The position numbers and the translations under genes are program-made. Below the pieces are notes generated by a model that saw only the letters and a program-made list of their open reading frames with translations, ran no database searches and was not told the origin of the DNA. 64,000 nucleotides of DNA from an uncultured Candidatus Saccharibacteria bacterium (lineage in GTDB: Bacteria > Patescibacteriota > Minisyncoccia > Phycocordibacterales > UBA1006), in contig CAYXKF010000001.1 of assembly GCA_964464735.1 (NCBI GenBank), forward strand, positions 35,690-99,689, read 5' to 3'. Shown piece by piece: positions 27,955 to 38,521 of the stretch (the stretch's first letter is position 1; each line of letters opens with the position of its first letter).

Positions 27955-29040
27955 TTAGCTTACAAAAGTCAAAGTCATCTTTTGTTCCTTTGGATTGAAC
28001 ACGTTGATCTTGAACTTGTATGATTTGCCCAGTTCCAACTTGTCCTTCATTTCTTTCATGTCGGCAAAGTTTGAAACGTGGATCAAGCCTGCAACGCCTT
28101 CTTCGATCGAAACCAAAGCGCCGTGCTTGTTGAACTTGATCACTACACCGTCAACAACATCGTCCTTGGTGTACTTGTTTTCGGCAAGCGTCCATGGGTT
28201 TGCTTTAAGTGCCTTGATCGAAAGCGACAATTTGCCGTCTTTGATCTCGATAACCTTAGCGCGTACCTTTTCGCCGACCTTGTAGGCCTTGCGAGGATCC
28301 TCGACCAAGCCCCAGTCGATTTCTGAAATGTGTACCAAACCTTCAAGGCCTTCTTCGACTTTCAAGAATACACCAAAGTCTACAGCGCCAGTCACTTCGC
28401 ACAATAGTTCGTCGCCGACATTGTACTTGGTAACCAGTTCTTTTCGTTCAGAATTATCCGAACCTTTTTCAGTAAAGATAAGTTTGCCTTCTTTAGGGTT
28501 GACTGAAAGGATCATGACCGAGATGGCGGTACCAGTAAGCTTCTTAAGCTCTTTCAAAATCTGGTCCTTGTCGCCATCGTCAACGCGCGGGTAGTGTTCG
28601 CTTTTTAACTGTGATGCCGGCAAGAATCCTTCGATACCATGCCATTCAACCATAAGGCCGCCTTTGTTGGCATCCTTGATGGTAAGTTCAAATACCGTTT
28701 TTTCGCGTAATGCTTTTTCGGCGTCAGACCATAATACTGCCTGCTTCGCTTCTTGAAGCGAAAGTTCGACGTATCCGTCTTCGTTTTCAGTATCAACAAC
28801 CTTTGCCTTAATCATGTCGTTCGGGTGAACGTTTTTTAGGATTTCGCGGGCAATGATAAATTCGCGTCCGTAAATGACACCAGTTCCGAATGGATTGATG
28901 TTTACATACACGCGGCCCTTGCTGATCGAAAGAACGACGCCTTCAAGGATGGCACCTTCTTCGATAGGGTTTTTCTGCTCGTTTTCAAGCAGGGTTTTCA
29001 TCATTTCTGATGTAACACTTGTTTCTGTTGCTTCTGGCAT
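27955..29040 (-). CDS. rpsA: 30S ribosomal protein S1 (short 4-domain form)
   Basis: Four tandem S1 domains (e.g. GEKVRAKVIEIKDGKLSLSIKAL and GDELLCEVTGAVDFGVFLKVEEGLEGLVHISEI). 361 aa. Confidence 0.9.
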   Translation of the reverse strand: MPEATETSVTSEMMKTLLENEQKNPIEEGAILEGVVLSISKGRVYVNINPFGTGVIYGREFIIAREILKNVHPNDMIKAKVVDTENEDGYVELSLQEAKQAVLWSDAEKALREKTVFELTIKDANKGGLMVEWHGIEGFLPASQLKSEHYPRVDDGDKDQILKELKKLTGTAISVMILSVNPKEGKLIFTEKGSDNSERKELVTKYNVGDELLCEVTGAVDFGVFLKVEEGLEGLVHISEIDWGLVEDPRKAYKVGEKVRAKVIEIKDGKLSLSIKALKANPWTLAENKYTKDDVVDGVVIKFNKHGALVSIEEGVAGLIHVSNFADMKEMKDKLELGKSYKFKINVFNPKEQKMTLTFVS

Positions 29041-29271
29041 AATTTGATGTAATACAAAACCGCTTTCGACAGCGGCTTCAATGTCAGAAAGGGTATTTTG
29101 GGGTTTCTTCCCAAAAGGGTTATACCTTTCGTCGATTGGCTACTAATGAATGCAAGTATACTTATAAAAACTGTTTTGGCAAGAGGTTGACTTACTGGGA
29201 TGCGGGTATACCATTGATATAAATTCAACCTTATTTTAATTTTTAACGAACCCTAAAAAAAGGAGGTTACG

Positions 29272-29796
29272 ATGCCGATAAAAGGATTAGTGCGCGGAAT
29301 TGCGAATCCGTTGCGAATAGAAAAGATGGAGGTGGGAGAAACAGCTTACATGTATTTTGATGAGGTATTTCTTAGTCAGGATATTCTCTATGTTCATGCG
29401 TTTACCCAAGTTATCAATCAAAGCAATTTTGATACCTTAGAGAAATTCCTAAAGGAAAAGTATATCACCATTAAAAGGCTGGGTATGGGATTTACTGATA
29501 AGGATTTTGAACTTGACTTCTCAAGCCTTGCGCCTGATTTCTTCTTATCGATTGAAAGCCCGATCCCGCTTAAAAATATGCCGGTGGACGAAAGGAGCCA
29601 GTACTTATTTTTTCATGATTTTGATCTTGGGATAGCAGAAATTGAAGTCGTAAGCCCGTTAGGTGCCAGTGATGAACTAAACGAACATACGCCCTTGAAT
29701 GTTCTCGAGGAAAAGCTTGTAGAAGCAGAGGATAGTCAGGATTATGAAACGGCCTCAAAGATACGCGATTTCATAGCAAAACAGAAAGAGAAGTAG
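29272..29796 (+). CDS. hypothetical protein with C-terminal UVR (UvrB/UvrC-type) motif
   Basis: Strong SD AAGGAGG sits 7 nt upstream. The C-terminal EEKLVEAEDSQDYETASKIRDFI resembles the UVR helical hairpin motif. Confidence 0.5.
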   Translation: MPIKGLVRGIANPLRIEKMEVGETAYMYFDEVFLSQDILYVHAFTQVINQSNFDTLEKFLKEKYITIKRLGMGFTDKDFELDFSSLAPDFFLSIESPIPLKNMPVDERSQYLFFHDFDLGIAEIEVVSPLGASDELNEHTPLNVLEEKLVEAEDSQDYETASKIRDFIAKQKEK

Positions 29797-29914
29797 AATC
29801 GTAAGTAATTGTTTGTGTTAAAATCCCTGCCCAAAAAGCAGGGATTTTTAAACTATATTTTTAGACTAAATCAAGTACTCCCTGTGCTCAGAAAATGCTA
29901 TAATTCCAAGCATC

Positions 29915-30553
29915 ATGATCGTAACGTATTTTGGGAATTCCTATCTGAAATTCCAGGTAGGAAGCTATGTTATTGCCGTTAATCCGCCTAAAAAAGGATC
30001 GGGCGTGCCGGTGTTTGGCGCAGACGTCGTTTTGTGTTCGGCGCTTGATGAAATGCATCACGGCGTCGAGACCGTAACGTTTGGCGCAAAGACCCCGTTT
30101 TTAATTGACGGTCCGGGCGAATACGAAGTGGGCGACATTTTTATCCGTGGCGTCGGCGCGCAAACCAAAGCGCACGGCTACGTAACGTCATATTCGTTTA
30201 AGTTCGATGACATTTCGGTTTGCATAATCGCTCCAGTGTCAAATATCGAAGAATTAGGAAACGAATTTTACGAGATCGTCGAAGATGTGGGCATTTTGTG
30301 CGTGCCAATCGCGGGCGGTGACTTCTTGGATTCGCATGCGGCGCATAAGCTTGCTGTTTCGCTTGAAGCAAAGCTGGTGATCCCGTTGGGTGCCGAAGAA
30401 AGTAAGGCTGATAAGGACGCGCTTTCAAGCTTTCTTAAAGAGTCAGGTGCCAAGGATGCTACAACAATGGACAAGCTTACCATTAAAAAATCCGAACTGG
30501 GCGGCAAGGAATGCGTGCCGGTGGTATTGTCGGCAATGAAGAAGGGCGATTAA
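29915..30553 (+). CDS. MBL-fold metal-dependent hydrolase-like protein (UPF0173/YtkL-like, degenerate metal motif)
   Basis: MIVTYFGNSYLKFQVGSYVIAVNP and the overall 212-aa architecture resemble the UPF0173 family. The HxHxDH motif is degenerate (ALDEMHHG). Confidence 0.5.
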   Translation: MIVTYFGNSYLKFQVGSYVIAVNPPKKGSGVPVFGADVVLCSALDEMHHGVETVTFGAKTPFLIDGPGEYEVGDIFIRGVGAQTKAHGYVTSYSFKFDDISVCIIAPVSNIEELGNEFYEIVEDVGILCVPIAGGDFLDSHAAHKLAVSLEAKLVIPLGAEESKADKDALSSFLKESGAKDATTMDKLTIKKSELGGKECVPVVLSAMKKGD

Positions 30554-30557
30554 CTAT

Positions 30558-30797
30558 ATGGCAAAAATACTGCATCACATCCGAAAACAGCCCGAGCATG
30601 TGCGCGTGCGCTACATGTATTTGACCGTAGGCGTCATTGCCGTGGTTATTATTATTCTGTGGCTTATCGGACTGACGTATAAATTGTCGCGCGTGCAAGT
30701 GCAAGACGACCTAAACCGTCAGCAAACGACGCTTGAAACTTTAACCACCGATTCAGTGTATCCAAGCGCTACGCCCGACGCAATTATTGTCCAATAA
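30558..30797 (+). CDS. hypothetical small single-pass membrane protein
   Basis: 79 aa with one TM helix (YMYLTVGVIAVVIIILWLIGL). Confidence 0.35.
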   Translation: MAKILHHIRKQPEHVRVRYMYLTVGVIAVVIIILWLIGLTYKLSRVQVQDDLNRQQTTLETLTTDSVYPSATPDAIIVQ

Positions 30798-30813
30798 TTA
30801 GTAATTCTTTATT

Positions 30814-33291
30814 ATGCCGCGAGCTAAAACAAACTCAAAAGACGAATCACCTGAAGCGACACCGCGCGAAGGTATTGTTCCAATCAATATCACCGCTGAA
30901 ATCAAGGAATCGTTTTTGGCGTATTCGATGTCAGTCATCACATCACGCGCATTGCCTGACGTGCGCGACGGGCTTAAGCCGGTACATCGTCGTATTTTAT
31001 ATTCGCTTCACGAAAACGGCTTGACGGCTGCGGCAAAATTTCGAAAGTCCGCATTTATCGTGGGTGACGTGTTAGGTAAATATCACCCGCATGGCGATAC
31101 GTCAGTATATGACTCGATGGTCAACATGGCGCAAGATTTCTCATATCGTTATCCTTTGGTGTGGGGGCAGGGAAACTTGGGATCAATCGACGGGGATGCT
31201 CCGGCCGCGATGCGTTATACCGAAGCAAAGATGTCTCGTTTGGCAGGCGAACTGTTGCGCGATATCGACAAAAATACGGTTGATTTTCGCCCCAACTATG
31301 ACGAAACCCGAAACGAACCAGTGGTGCTTCCAACTGTTGTGCCAAGTCTTTTGCTTAACGGAACGCTTGGTATCGCCGTTGGTATGGCAACCAATATTCC
31401 TCCGCATAACTTAGGCGAACTAATCGACGCGTGCGTAACACTGATCAACGATCCAAAAGCGACCAACGAAGATTTGCTTGAATTTGTCAAAGGCCCTGAT
31501 TTTCCAACGGGCGGCGTCATTTACGGAAAGACCGATATTAAGCATGCGTACACAACTGGACGCGGCGGTGTCGTAACACGCGGTGAGGCAACTATTTCTG
31601 ACGGCGCACGCGGCACATCGCAGATTGTCATAACGTCGATTCCGTATCGCGTAAACAAGTCGGCCTTGATCATGAAGATCGCCGAACTGAAGATGGAGAA
31701 AAAACTTGAGGGTATTAAGGAACTTCGCGACGAATCAACAACCGACATCCGCATCGTGATCGAACTAAAAACCGGCGCGCATCCACAAAAGGTATTGAAC
31801 TATTTATATAAGCACACCGACCTCGAGCAAAACTTCAACTTTAACATGGTTGCATTGGTCGACGGCATCCCGCAAACACTGTCGCTGCGCGATTTTTTGA
31901 CCGCATTTCTTGATCACCGCATGGTGGTGATCCGTCGCCGAAGTGAGTTTGACCTGGCAAAAGCAAAAGCGCGCGAACATATTTTAGAAGGGCTAACCAA
32001 GGCACTTGATCATATTGACGAGATCATCAAGTTAATCAAAGCATCGGCCGACGTAAATGTCGCGCGCGAAAACTTGATGAAAAAATTTAAGTTTTCAGAA
32101 ATCCAAGCAAACGCGATTCTGGAAATGAAACTGCAAAAACTTGCCGGTCTTGAACGAAAGAAAATCGAAGAGGAGCTTAAGGAAGTTCGCAAGGTCATTG
32201 CATATCTTGAAGATTTGCTTAAATCGCCTAAAAAGATGCTTGCCGTCATTGAGGACGAACTGGTCGAGATCCGCGAAAAATATGCCGACGAACGGCGAAC
32301 CAAAGTGGTCAAAGCAGCAGTCGGAAGTTTGTCCGACGAAGACCTGATTCCTGATACCCAAGCCGTATTGGTGTACACCGCCGACCAATATATTAAGCGC
32401 GTTGATCCGTCAGAATTTCGCACCCAAAAGCGCGGTGGTGTGGGCGTGTCTGACAACAGCATGAAAGAAGAAGACGTCATTACGCACATTTTGACATCTT
32501 CGACGCATAGCGATTTGTTATTCTTTACTGACCGCGGAAAGGTGTATCAAATCAAGATGTTCGAACTTCCTGAAGGCAAGCGCACAACGCGCGGAAAATC
32601 AATCCGCAACTTCTTGGGACTATCTGATACCGAACGGGTTACATCTATTTTGGCAATGCCAAAAGATGTTAAGAACTCGTCGGTAAACCTGATGCTTGGT
32701 ACCAAGGGCGGTACCATGAAAAAAGTCGCAATCGACAGCTTTAAGCAGGTGCGCGCAAGCGGCATCATTGCGATTTCGCTTGATGACAAAGACGAATTGT
32801 TGGGTGCACACTTTGTTGATAAGGACGATACTGTTTTGTTGGTATCGGCCGACGGGCAATCGATTCGATTTGAAGAATCTGATATTCGTGTTATGGGCCG
32901 AACAGCCGGAGGCGTGCGTGCCATGAAGCTTGATAAGGATGATTACATTGTTGGCATGAACGTTGCGGGTAAAAATACTGATGCAAAAACGACCGTACTA
33001 GTGCTTGCACAAAACGGATACGGAAAGCAGACCGAAATTTCAGAATACAAGGTGCAAAACCGCGGCGGATCAGGTATTAAAGTAATGCAAGTAACCGACA
33101 AGACCGGCTTGGTGGTTGGCGTACAAATTGTAAACAACGAGACCGAATTGATTGCTATTTCGCAAAAAGGGCAGGTGATTCGAACTGAACTAAAATCTAT
33201 TCCGGTACTTTCACGCGCAACGCAAGGTGTACGCGTTATGAAGCTTCGAGAAGAAGGCGACAAGGTAGCTTCGTATACGCTTGTCGAATAG
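30814..33291 (+). CDS. gyrA: DNA gyrase subunit A
   Basis: [28 protein letters not shown] with the active-site Tyr region, a C-terminal beta-pinwheel with a GyrA-box-like QKRGGVG. 825 aa. No gyrB is adjacent. Confidence 0.95.
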   Translation: MPRAKTNSKDESPEATPREGIVPINITAEIKESFLAYSMSVITSRALPDVRDGLKPVHRRILYSLHENGLTAAAKFRKSAFIVGDVLGKYHPHGDTSVYDSMVNMAQDFSYRYPLVWGQGNLGSIDGDAPAAMRYTEAKMSRLAGELLRDIDKNTVDFRPNYDETRNEPVVLPTVVPSLLLNGTLGIAVGMATNIPPHNLGELIDACVTLINDPKATNEDLLEFVKGPDFPTGGVIYGKTDIKHAYTTGRGGVVTRGEATISDGARGTSQIVITSIPYRVNKSALIMKIAELKMEKKLEGIKELRDESTTDIRIVIELKTGAHPQKVLNYLYKHTDLEQNFNFNMVALVDGIPQTLSLRDFLTAFLDHRMVVIRRRSEFDLAKAKAREHILEGLTKALDHIDEIIKLIKASADVNVARENLMKKFKFSEIQANAILEMKLQKLAGLERKKIEEELKEVRKVIAYLEDLLKSPKKMLAVIEDELVEIREKYADERRTKVVKAAVGSLSDEDLIPDTQAVLVYTADQYIKRVDPSEFRTQKRGGVGVSDNSMKEEDVITHILTSSTHSDLLFFTDRGKVYQIKMFELPEGKRTTRGKSIRNFLGLSDTERVTSILAMPKDVKNSSVNLMLGTKGGTMKKVAIDSFKQVRASGIIAISLDDKDELLGAHFVDKDDTVLLVSADGQSIRFEESDIRVMGRTAGGVRAMKLDKDDYIVGMNVAGKNTDAKTTVLVLAQNGYGKQTEISEYKVQNRGGSGIKVMQVTDKTGLVVGVQIVNNETELIAISQKGQVIRTELKSIPVLSRATQGVRVMKLREEGDKVASYTLVE

Positions 33292-33315
33292 TAATCCCCT
33301 AAAAATATTTTTACC

Positions 33316-33864
33316 ATGTCGTATCCGTGCTATACTTTTGCCATGCACGCATTTGAAGCTGCGGTAAACGAACTTGCCTTACAACAAACCGACCATGTCA
33401 TGATTGCGGGAATACTTCCGACGTGGCACGAACTATTGCTTGTCATACAACGCCTTGATGTTACCAAGGGCAGTGTTTTGATACCTCAAGCTGATTTGGG
33501 GCGTGCAAAACACATGATGCAATCAATCAATCAGCAAGGGCTTGCACATGCCGTTATTGCATATCAAGGAATGATTGACGCACCGTATGGTGCGATCGTA
33601 AAAGAGGAAAGCGTTGACGCGTTATTATACGTGCCTCAAAAAAGTGATGATATTGATGTGGCGGCGCAAGAAATAAAACGCATCGTAAAACATGGACGCA
33701 AGGTTGCCATTATTGAACAAACGCCGGCTCATCCACTTGCAAAAGGAATTGTTTTGCATTCGGTTGCTGCGGCGCTCCAAAAAGCTGGCTTCTCGTTGGT
33801 GCACACTGCAACTGCTGCACGCACGCATACCGTTTCGGTATTGGTTTCGCCAAAATCTGTATAG
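33316..33864 (+). CDS. hypothetical protein
   Basis: 182-aa soluble ORF with no recognizable motif. Confidence 0.4.
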   Translation: MSYPCYTFAMHAFEAAVNELALQQTDHVMIAGILPTWHELLLVIQRLDVTKGSVLIPQADLGRAKHMMQSINQQGLAHAVIAYQGMIDAPYGAIVKEESVDALLYVPQKSDDIDVAAQEIKRIVKHGRKVAIIEQTPAHPLAKGIVLHSVAAALQKAGFSLVHTATAARTHTVSVLVSPKSV

Positions 33865-33901
33865 CGTATCAGTCGGCGATGCGATATAATTACACTATAG
33901 T

Positions 33902-35281
33902 ATGGGCAAGCTCTCGACATTTCAATTAATACTGGGCGGCGTCTTTGTTGCTTTTATTATCATTGGATTTTTATATTTCACATCGGCGGGCAAAAAAAAT
34001 GCCAACGCGCCAAAAGGGCAATACAGCGGTACGGTCACTATTTGGAGCATCATTCCGCGCGAACTTATCCAGGCACCGATTGCAAAATTCCAAGCTGACA
34101 ACGAAGCGGTGCGCATCACGTACCGGCAAATTAACGAAAGCGAAATCACGGCCGAAGTCATTAACGCCTTAGCGCAAGGCACCGGGCCCGACATTTTGAT
34201 GTTTCCAGCCGAACGGTTAATCCAGCTGCGCGGTATCTTATACCCGATTTCATATGCCAACATTTCGCAGGACGTATTCATGCAAAAATTTATCGATGGC
34301 GCGTCGGTCTTAATGCAACCCGAAGGCATTTATGGGCTGCCCGTTTTGGTTGACCCGATGGTCATGTATGTGAACCGTGATATTTTAAATAGTACATTTA
34401 TTGCAAACGCTCCGCAGTATTGGGACGAATTTCCTAATTTGGTACCAAATGTTACGCAAAAAAATAATGCCGGACTTATTACCCGTTCGACTGTGGCACT
34501 TGGCTTTCCGTTAAATATCAGTCATGTTGCCGACATTATGACCGCGCTTTTCATGCAGTTGGGCAGCACCATGGTTGCAACGGATGATTTTGGCGAAACG
34601 GGCGGGGGGATCCAATACCGCCTTGCACTTCGTGGGCCGGGCAAATTTAGTGCGCGCCCTATTGCCGACGCGTTTGAATACGCAGTTGCATTTTCGGATC
34701 CGGCAAAAACAACGTATACCTGGTCGGCAGGGCTTCCATTGTCACGCGACTATTTTGTGGGCGACCGGTTGCTTGCATACTTTGGATACGCCAGCGAATA
34801 TGGCATACTGCGTTCGCTTAATCCAAACCTAAACTTTTCGATCGAAATGCTGCCGCAGATGCGCGTCAGTTCAACCAAGGCGACTTTTGGAAAAATCTAT
34901 GCCTTGGGCATGACCAAAAAATCGCAAAATGTCGCTGCGTCATTCGCGCTGATGAACGCGATCGTGCAGCCTGATGTCATGCAGCCGGTTTATACTTCCA
35001 TGGGCTTGCCGCCGGTATTCAAGTCATCGCTTGCCGCCATGCCTAATGATCATCGTTCGACTGTCACGCGGCAGTCCGCCCTTATTACCAAGTCGTGGCT
35101 TAACCCGCTTGTTGAAGCATACGATACTACCGTTATTCAAAGTTTGCAGCGTGTCCTTTCGGGAGAATTGTCGCCTGCGCAAGTTGCCAACGAAATGGAC
35201 ACCGCACTTGCTCCGCTGTTCGATAGTGTTAACGAACAAAATGCTAAAAATGCTTCGGCTGCCGCCGCGGCAAAACAATAA
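33902..35281 (+). CDS. ABC transporter substrate-binding protein (family 1, sugar-type), orphan
   Basis: N-terminal anchor, then the periplasmic-binding-protein pattern (TIWSIIPRELIQAPIAKFQADN...GTGPDILMFPAERL). No permease or ATPase genes are adjacent. Confidence 0.75.
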   Translation: MGKLSTFQLILGGVFVAFIIIGFLYFTSAGKKNANAPKGQYSGTVTIWSIIPRELIQAPIAKFQADNEAVRITYRQINESEITAEVINALAQGTGPDILMFPAERLIQLRGILYPISYANISQDVFMQKFIDGASVLMQPEGIYGLPVLVDPMVMYVNRDILNSTFIANAPQYWDEFPNLVPNVTQKNNAGLITRSTVALGFPLNISHVADIMTALFMQLGSTMVATDDFGETGGGIQYRLALRGPGKFSARPIADAFEYAVAFSDPAKTTYTWSAGLPLSRDYFVGDRLLAYFGYASEYGILRSLNPNLNFSIEMLPQMRVSSTKATFGKIYALGMTKKSQNVAASFALMNAIVQPDVMQPVYTSMGLPPVFKSSLAAMPNDHRSTVTRQSALITKSWLNPLVEAYDTTVIQSLQRVLSGELSPAQVANEMDTALAPLFDSVNEQNAKNASAAAAAKQ

Positions 35282-35299
35282 GCTTTTGTCGTAAGGATC

Positions 35300-36592
35300 A
35301 TGTGGTATAATGCTTCTTACATGAATTTTGCCCAGGCCAAGACTATTACTGGCTATAACCAATTTTTTAAATGCATCATTATTGCGATCGCTTTTTTTAC
35401 TTGTTTCTTTTCGATCGCCTTGGTGTCGCATGCCGAAGGGGGAATTGTTTTTACTGGTGTCACCTTAAAACCCGATACCGCCGCGGCAAACGGAACGTAT
35501 ATTTTGTCAGGCAATCTTAAGCTGCTTAGTGGCAGTACAAATGGCACAAGCGCGCCCGTAGGCTTAACGCTTGTCGACTTGTCGACTGGCGGTACACAGA
35601 CGTCAGCGCTTGGTACATATACGGTTGGTGCCGCGGCTCCTTTTTCGGTCAAAGGGCTTACGGGTACTTCGTATCGCTTTAATCATTCAATAAATAACCA
35701 GACTGTTGCAGCGTTTACTATTATTTCGTACACCGGTCCTGCGGCAATGGCGCTTACCCCAACATATTCTGACGTAAAGCTCGAGGCCGATTCTGTCAAT
35801 CAGGGTAAATATATTTTGTCAGGAAAAATGAATCTAGCCGGCGGCACCGGTACTTTTCAGTTTACCTCGATCGAAACAAAGGGAACAGGTGAGACTGCTT
35901 TTGCGTCAAAAGCACAAACTGGATCACCAAGCTTTGGTGCTACAGCTGCGTTCAGTGTAAATAATTTAACTAAAACTTCGTACGAATGGTATCCAAAAGT
36001 TACCTATAATAATCAGGTGTATACTGTGGGAACTCCACAGACAATATCGGTTGGGGGAACGAACCAAGGTACCAATCCGCCAAACCAAAACCAGCAAAAT
36101 TCCCAAAATAATAATCAAAGTAATCCGACAACGCAAAATACCACACAAACGACTGTGGCCGGTGGCAACGGACTTTTTGATGAATTTAAAAATGGCCTTG
36201 TTCACTGCGGCCGAAAAGTTGCCGACCCGGCGCGGGGTATTACGACAAAGCCGTGCACATTTGACGACTTAATTATTTTGGCAAGCCGCATTATCCGCTT
36301 TGCGATGTATCTTATTGTAGTTGCAGCAGCGATCGTCGTTATATGGATCGGTTGGATTTACTTATCGGCAGGTGGCAATACCGAAAAGGTCGCCAAGGCA
36401 AAACATGCGGCAACCAGTTGGGTTATTGGCGTCGTGTTGGTCATGTGCGCTTGGCTAATTGTCAGTTTCGTATTGCGAAGTTTCTTAAGCAAAGAGTATC
36501 TTCAAAAGCATCCGAACGCATTATTGCTTGAAAAAGTGGATGACGCATCGACACAAAATAAATCATTACAAGACATTATTACCGGACAATAA
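35300..36592 (+). CDS. secreted beta-rich protein fused to a C-terminal VirB2/TrbC-like pilin hairpin
   Basis: Signal peptide, a ~300-aa Thr/Gly/Ser-rich repeat region, a Q/N-rich linker, then FDDLIILASRIIRFAMYLIVVAAAIVVIWIGWIYLSAGGNTEKVAKAKHAATSWVIGVVLVMCAWLIVSFVL. That tail is two TM helices separated by a short charged loop. The start may instead be the ATG at 35321. Confidence 0.6.
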   Translation: MWYNASYMNFAQAKTITGYNQFFKCIIIAIAFFTCFFSIALVSHAEGGIVFTGVTLKPDTAAANGTYILSGNLKLLSGSTNGTSAPVGLTLVDLSTGGTQTSALGTYTVGAAAPFSVKGLTGTSYRFNHSINNQTVAAFTIISYTGPAAMALTPTYSDVKLEADSVNQGKYILSGKMNLAGGTGTFQFTSIETKGTGETAFASKAQTGSPSFGATAAFSVNNLTKTSYEWYPKVTYNNQVYTVGTPQTISVGGTNQGTNPPNQNQQNSQNNNQSNPTTQNTTQTTVAGGNGLFDEFKNGLVHCGRKVADPARGITTKPCTFDDLIILASRIIRFAMYLIVVAAAIVVIWIGWIYLSAGGNTEKVAKAKHAATSWVIGVVLVMCAWLIVSFVLRSFLSKEYLQKHPNALLLEKVDDASTQNKSLQDIITGQ

Positions 36593-36594
36593 TT

Positions 36595-37449
36595 ATGAAA
36601 AAGTTTACCTTTGTATCAGCAGTATGTACAGTTGCCACTTTTGCCTTTTTGATTACTGGGCATTTGGTAATGGCCCAAACAACGCCGGATGCGCAGTTTA
36701 GTACCACATTCTCGAATGCGTCACTTCTTCAACAAACAGCACCTTCAGATACTTCTAAGTATGTCTTGCAGGCAACTGCAAAAGTTATTAATAATTCAAA
36801 TGGGGCTATAATAAACCCTGCCAACGCGGCATTCCCAGCATACTTTGTAAAGATAACCGGCAGCAATGGGACAAGTATCGAATCTGCCCATAACGCAGCG
36901 CATGCATTTGGCAGCCCATTTACGTTTACCGAAACAAATCTTTCGTTGCCGCCGCCCTATACTTACCAATTATCTATTACATATCAGGGGCAAAAAAAGG
37001 TAGTAAGTTCGCCGCAGACCATAGCTTTGACTGGAGGTGCTGACAGTAATGGTAATCAACCTTTTAATCCTGCAGGAAGCCCGCAGGGAACTGACTCGGA
37101 AGCTTTCAATCCTGCAGGTTCACCAGAGTCGCAGGATCAGGCGTTAGAACTTGATTCTACTTCAAAACATCTACTTGAAAATCCACTAAAGGTAAATTCG
37201 ATCCAAGAACTAATTGCCGAAATTCTTAAGGTCATTTTGATCATTGCGATCCCCGTCATTGCGATCTTTATTGTCATTGCCGGATTCCGTTACGTCATGG
37301 CGCGCGGCCAACCGAGCGAGCTTGAAGTTGCGCATCGTAATATTTTGTTCGTGATCGTAGGTGCTGGGCTTATCATCGGATGCGTGCTCATTGTCGACGT
37401 GATCACCACGACCATTAATGATATTAAGGCTGATGTTCAGCAACAATAA
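36595..37449 (+). CDS. secreted protein with C-terminal VirB2/TrbC-like pilin hairpin
   Basis: Signal peptide. An internal tandem repeat FNPAGSPQGTDSEA/FNPAGSPESQDQA. The C-terminal IQELIAEILKVILIIAIPVIAIFIVIAGFRYVMARGQPSELEVAHRNILFVIVGAGLIIGCVLIV is a TM-loop-TM hairpin. Confidence 0.6.
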   Translation: MKKFTFVSAVCTVATFAFLITGHLVMAQTTPDAQFSTTFSNASLLQQTAPSDTSKYVLQATAKVINNSNGAIINPANAAFPAYFVKITGSNGTSIESAHNAAHAFGSPFTFTETNLSLPPPYTYQLSITYQGQKKVVSSPQTIALTGGADSNGNQPFNPAGSPQGTDSEAFNPAGSPESQDQALELDSTSKHLLENPLKVNSIQELIAEILKVILIIAIPVIAIFIVIAGFRYVMARGQPSELEVAHRNILFVIVGAGLIIGCVLIVDVITTTINDIKADVQQQ

Positions 37450-37453
37450 TCGT

Positions 37454-38071
37454 ATGCGCATATTTGCAATCTTCGTCATATTTTTTACCACGTTCATTCC
37501 TTCGGCATTTGCACAGCAAGGGCAGGGAAACCCGTATTACCAGTCTCCGTCGCAATCAGGTAATCCGGCCTACAATCCGGCAAATGATCCTTTGCTTAAC
37601 ATGCAAGGGCAAGTTAATTTAAACAATACCGAAATGGCCGGATGGTTTGCACAAACCAATGCCGATGTAAGCTCGATCCAAAACGACCCGGCATGGAGTC
37701 CGATTATTACCGTGCAGGGAAACGGCCAAACGACTGGGGCACCCGTTGATACCGCAAGTGCCTGTAAAACAATTAAGATCAAAAGTATTGCCACACTGGC
37801 AGACTTTGTCACTTGTACCATTTCGCGATCATTAATACCGCTTATCTTTGCCTTAGGCGTTATGTTTTTAGCATGGGGTACTACTATGCTGGTTTTGAAT
37901 GCCGGCAACGAAGAAGCGCGCGAAAAGGGTAAAAGCATCATGATCTGGGGGTTGCTTGGGTTCTTTGTCTTGGCATCGGTTTGGGCATTGGTAGGGATAC
38001 TGCTTCGAACCTTCCAGCTTGATACCTCGACCAAGGCGCCCGTACCGTGCTTCCAAGACGGGACGTGCTAA
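37454..38071 (+). CDS. secreted protein with C-terminal VirB2/TrbC-like pilin hairpin
   Basis: Signal peptide MRIFAIFVIFFTTFIPSAFAQQ and a Q/N/P-rich region. The C-terminal LADFVTCTISRSLIPLIFALGVMFLAWGTTMLVLNAGNEEAREKGKSIMIWGLLGFFVLASVWALVGILL is a TM hairpin. I chose the ATG at 37454. Confidence 0.6.
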   Translation: MRIFAIFVIFFTTFIPSAFAQQGQGNPYYQSPSQSGNPAYNPANDPLLNMQGQVNLNNTEMAGWFAQTNADVSSIQNDPAWSPIITVQGNGQTTGAPVDTASACKTIKIKSIATLADFVTCTISRSLIPLIFALGVMFLAWGTTMLVLNAGNEEAREKGKSIMIWGLLGFFVLASVWALVGILLRTFQLDTSTKAPVPCFQDGTC

Positions 38072-38151
38072 TAGAAATATGGTATACTAGCCCAAGAGTT
38101 CGAAAACGGGCTACGATTATTAATTAGTATTTAGTCATTTTAGTTTCACGT

Positions 38152-38514
38152 ATGAAAAAGAAACTTATCGCGCTGGGCTTGGTGTTGGTGCCGTCAATGG
38201 CATTTGCACAGGCAACTGCGTTTACTATCCTAGGAACTGTCGCGCTATTTATCAAGCGTGCGATCCCTATCTTGGTTGCAGCCGCAATCCTGTTCCTTAT
38301 CTTCAATGTAATCCGCTATGTCATTGCGGGTGATGCCGAGAAGCGCGAGGATGCGAAGGGCTACCTTATTTGGAGTTTCGTTGCATTGGCATTCTTTGCC
38401 TTGGTATTCGGTTTGATCAATGTATTGGCGTCAACTTTTGGTATCAACCAGGGTCAAGACATCAACTCGACCGGTGGTGGCGCAAACGATTTCATCCCGA
38501 CTGTTTACTACTAA
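38152..38514 (+). CDS. VirB2/TrbC-like pilin (short form)
   Basis: 120 aa. A signal peptide with AFAQA cleavage site, then TM1 ILVAAAILFLIFNVIRYVIAG, charged loop DAEKREDAKG, and TM2 YLIWSFVALAFFALVFGLINVLAS. Confidence 0.65.
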   Translation: MKKKLIALGLVLVPSMAFAQATAFTILGTVALFIKRAIPILVAAAILFLIFNVIRYVIAGDAEKREDAKGYLIWSFVALAFFALVFGLINVLASTFGINQGQDINSTGGGANDFIPTVYY

Positions 38515-38521
38515 GTAATTC

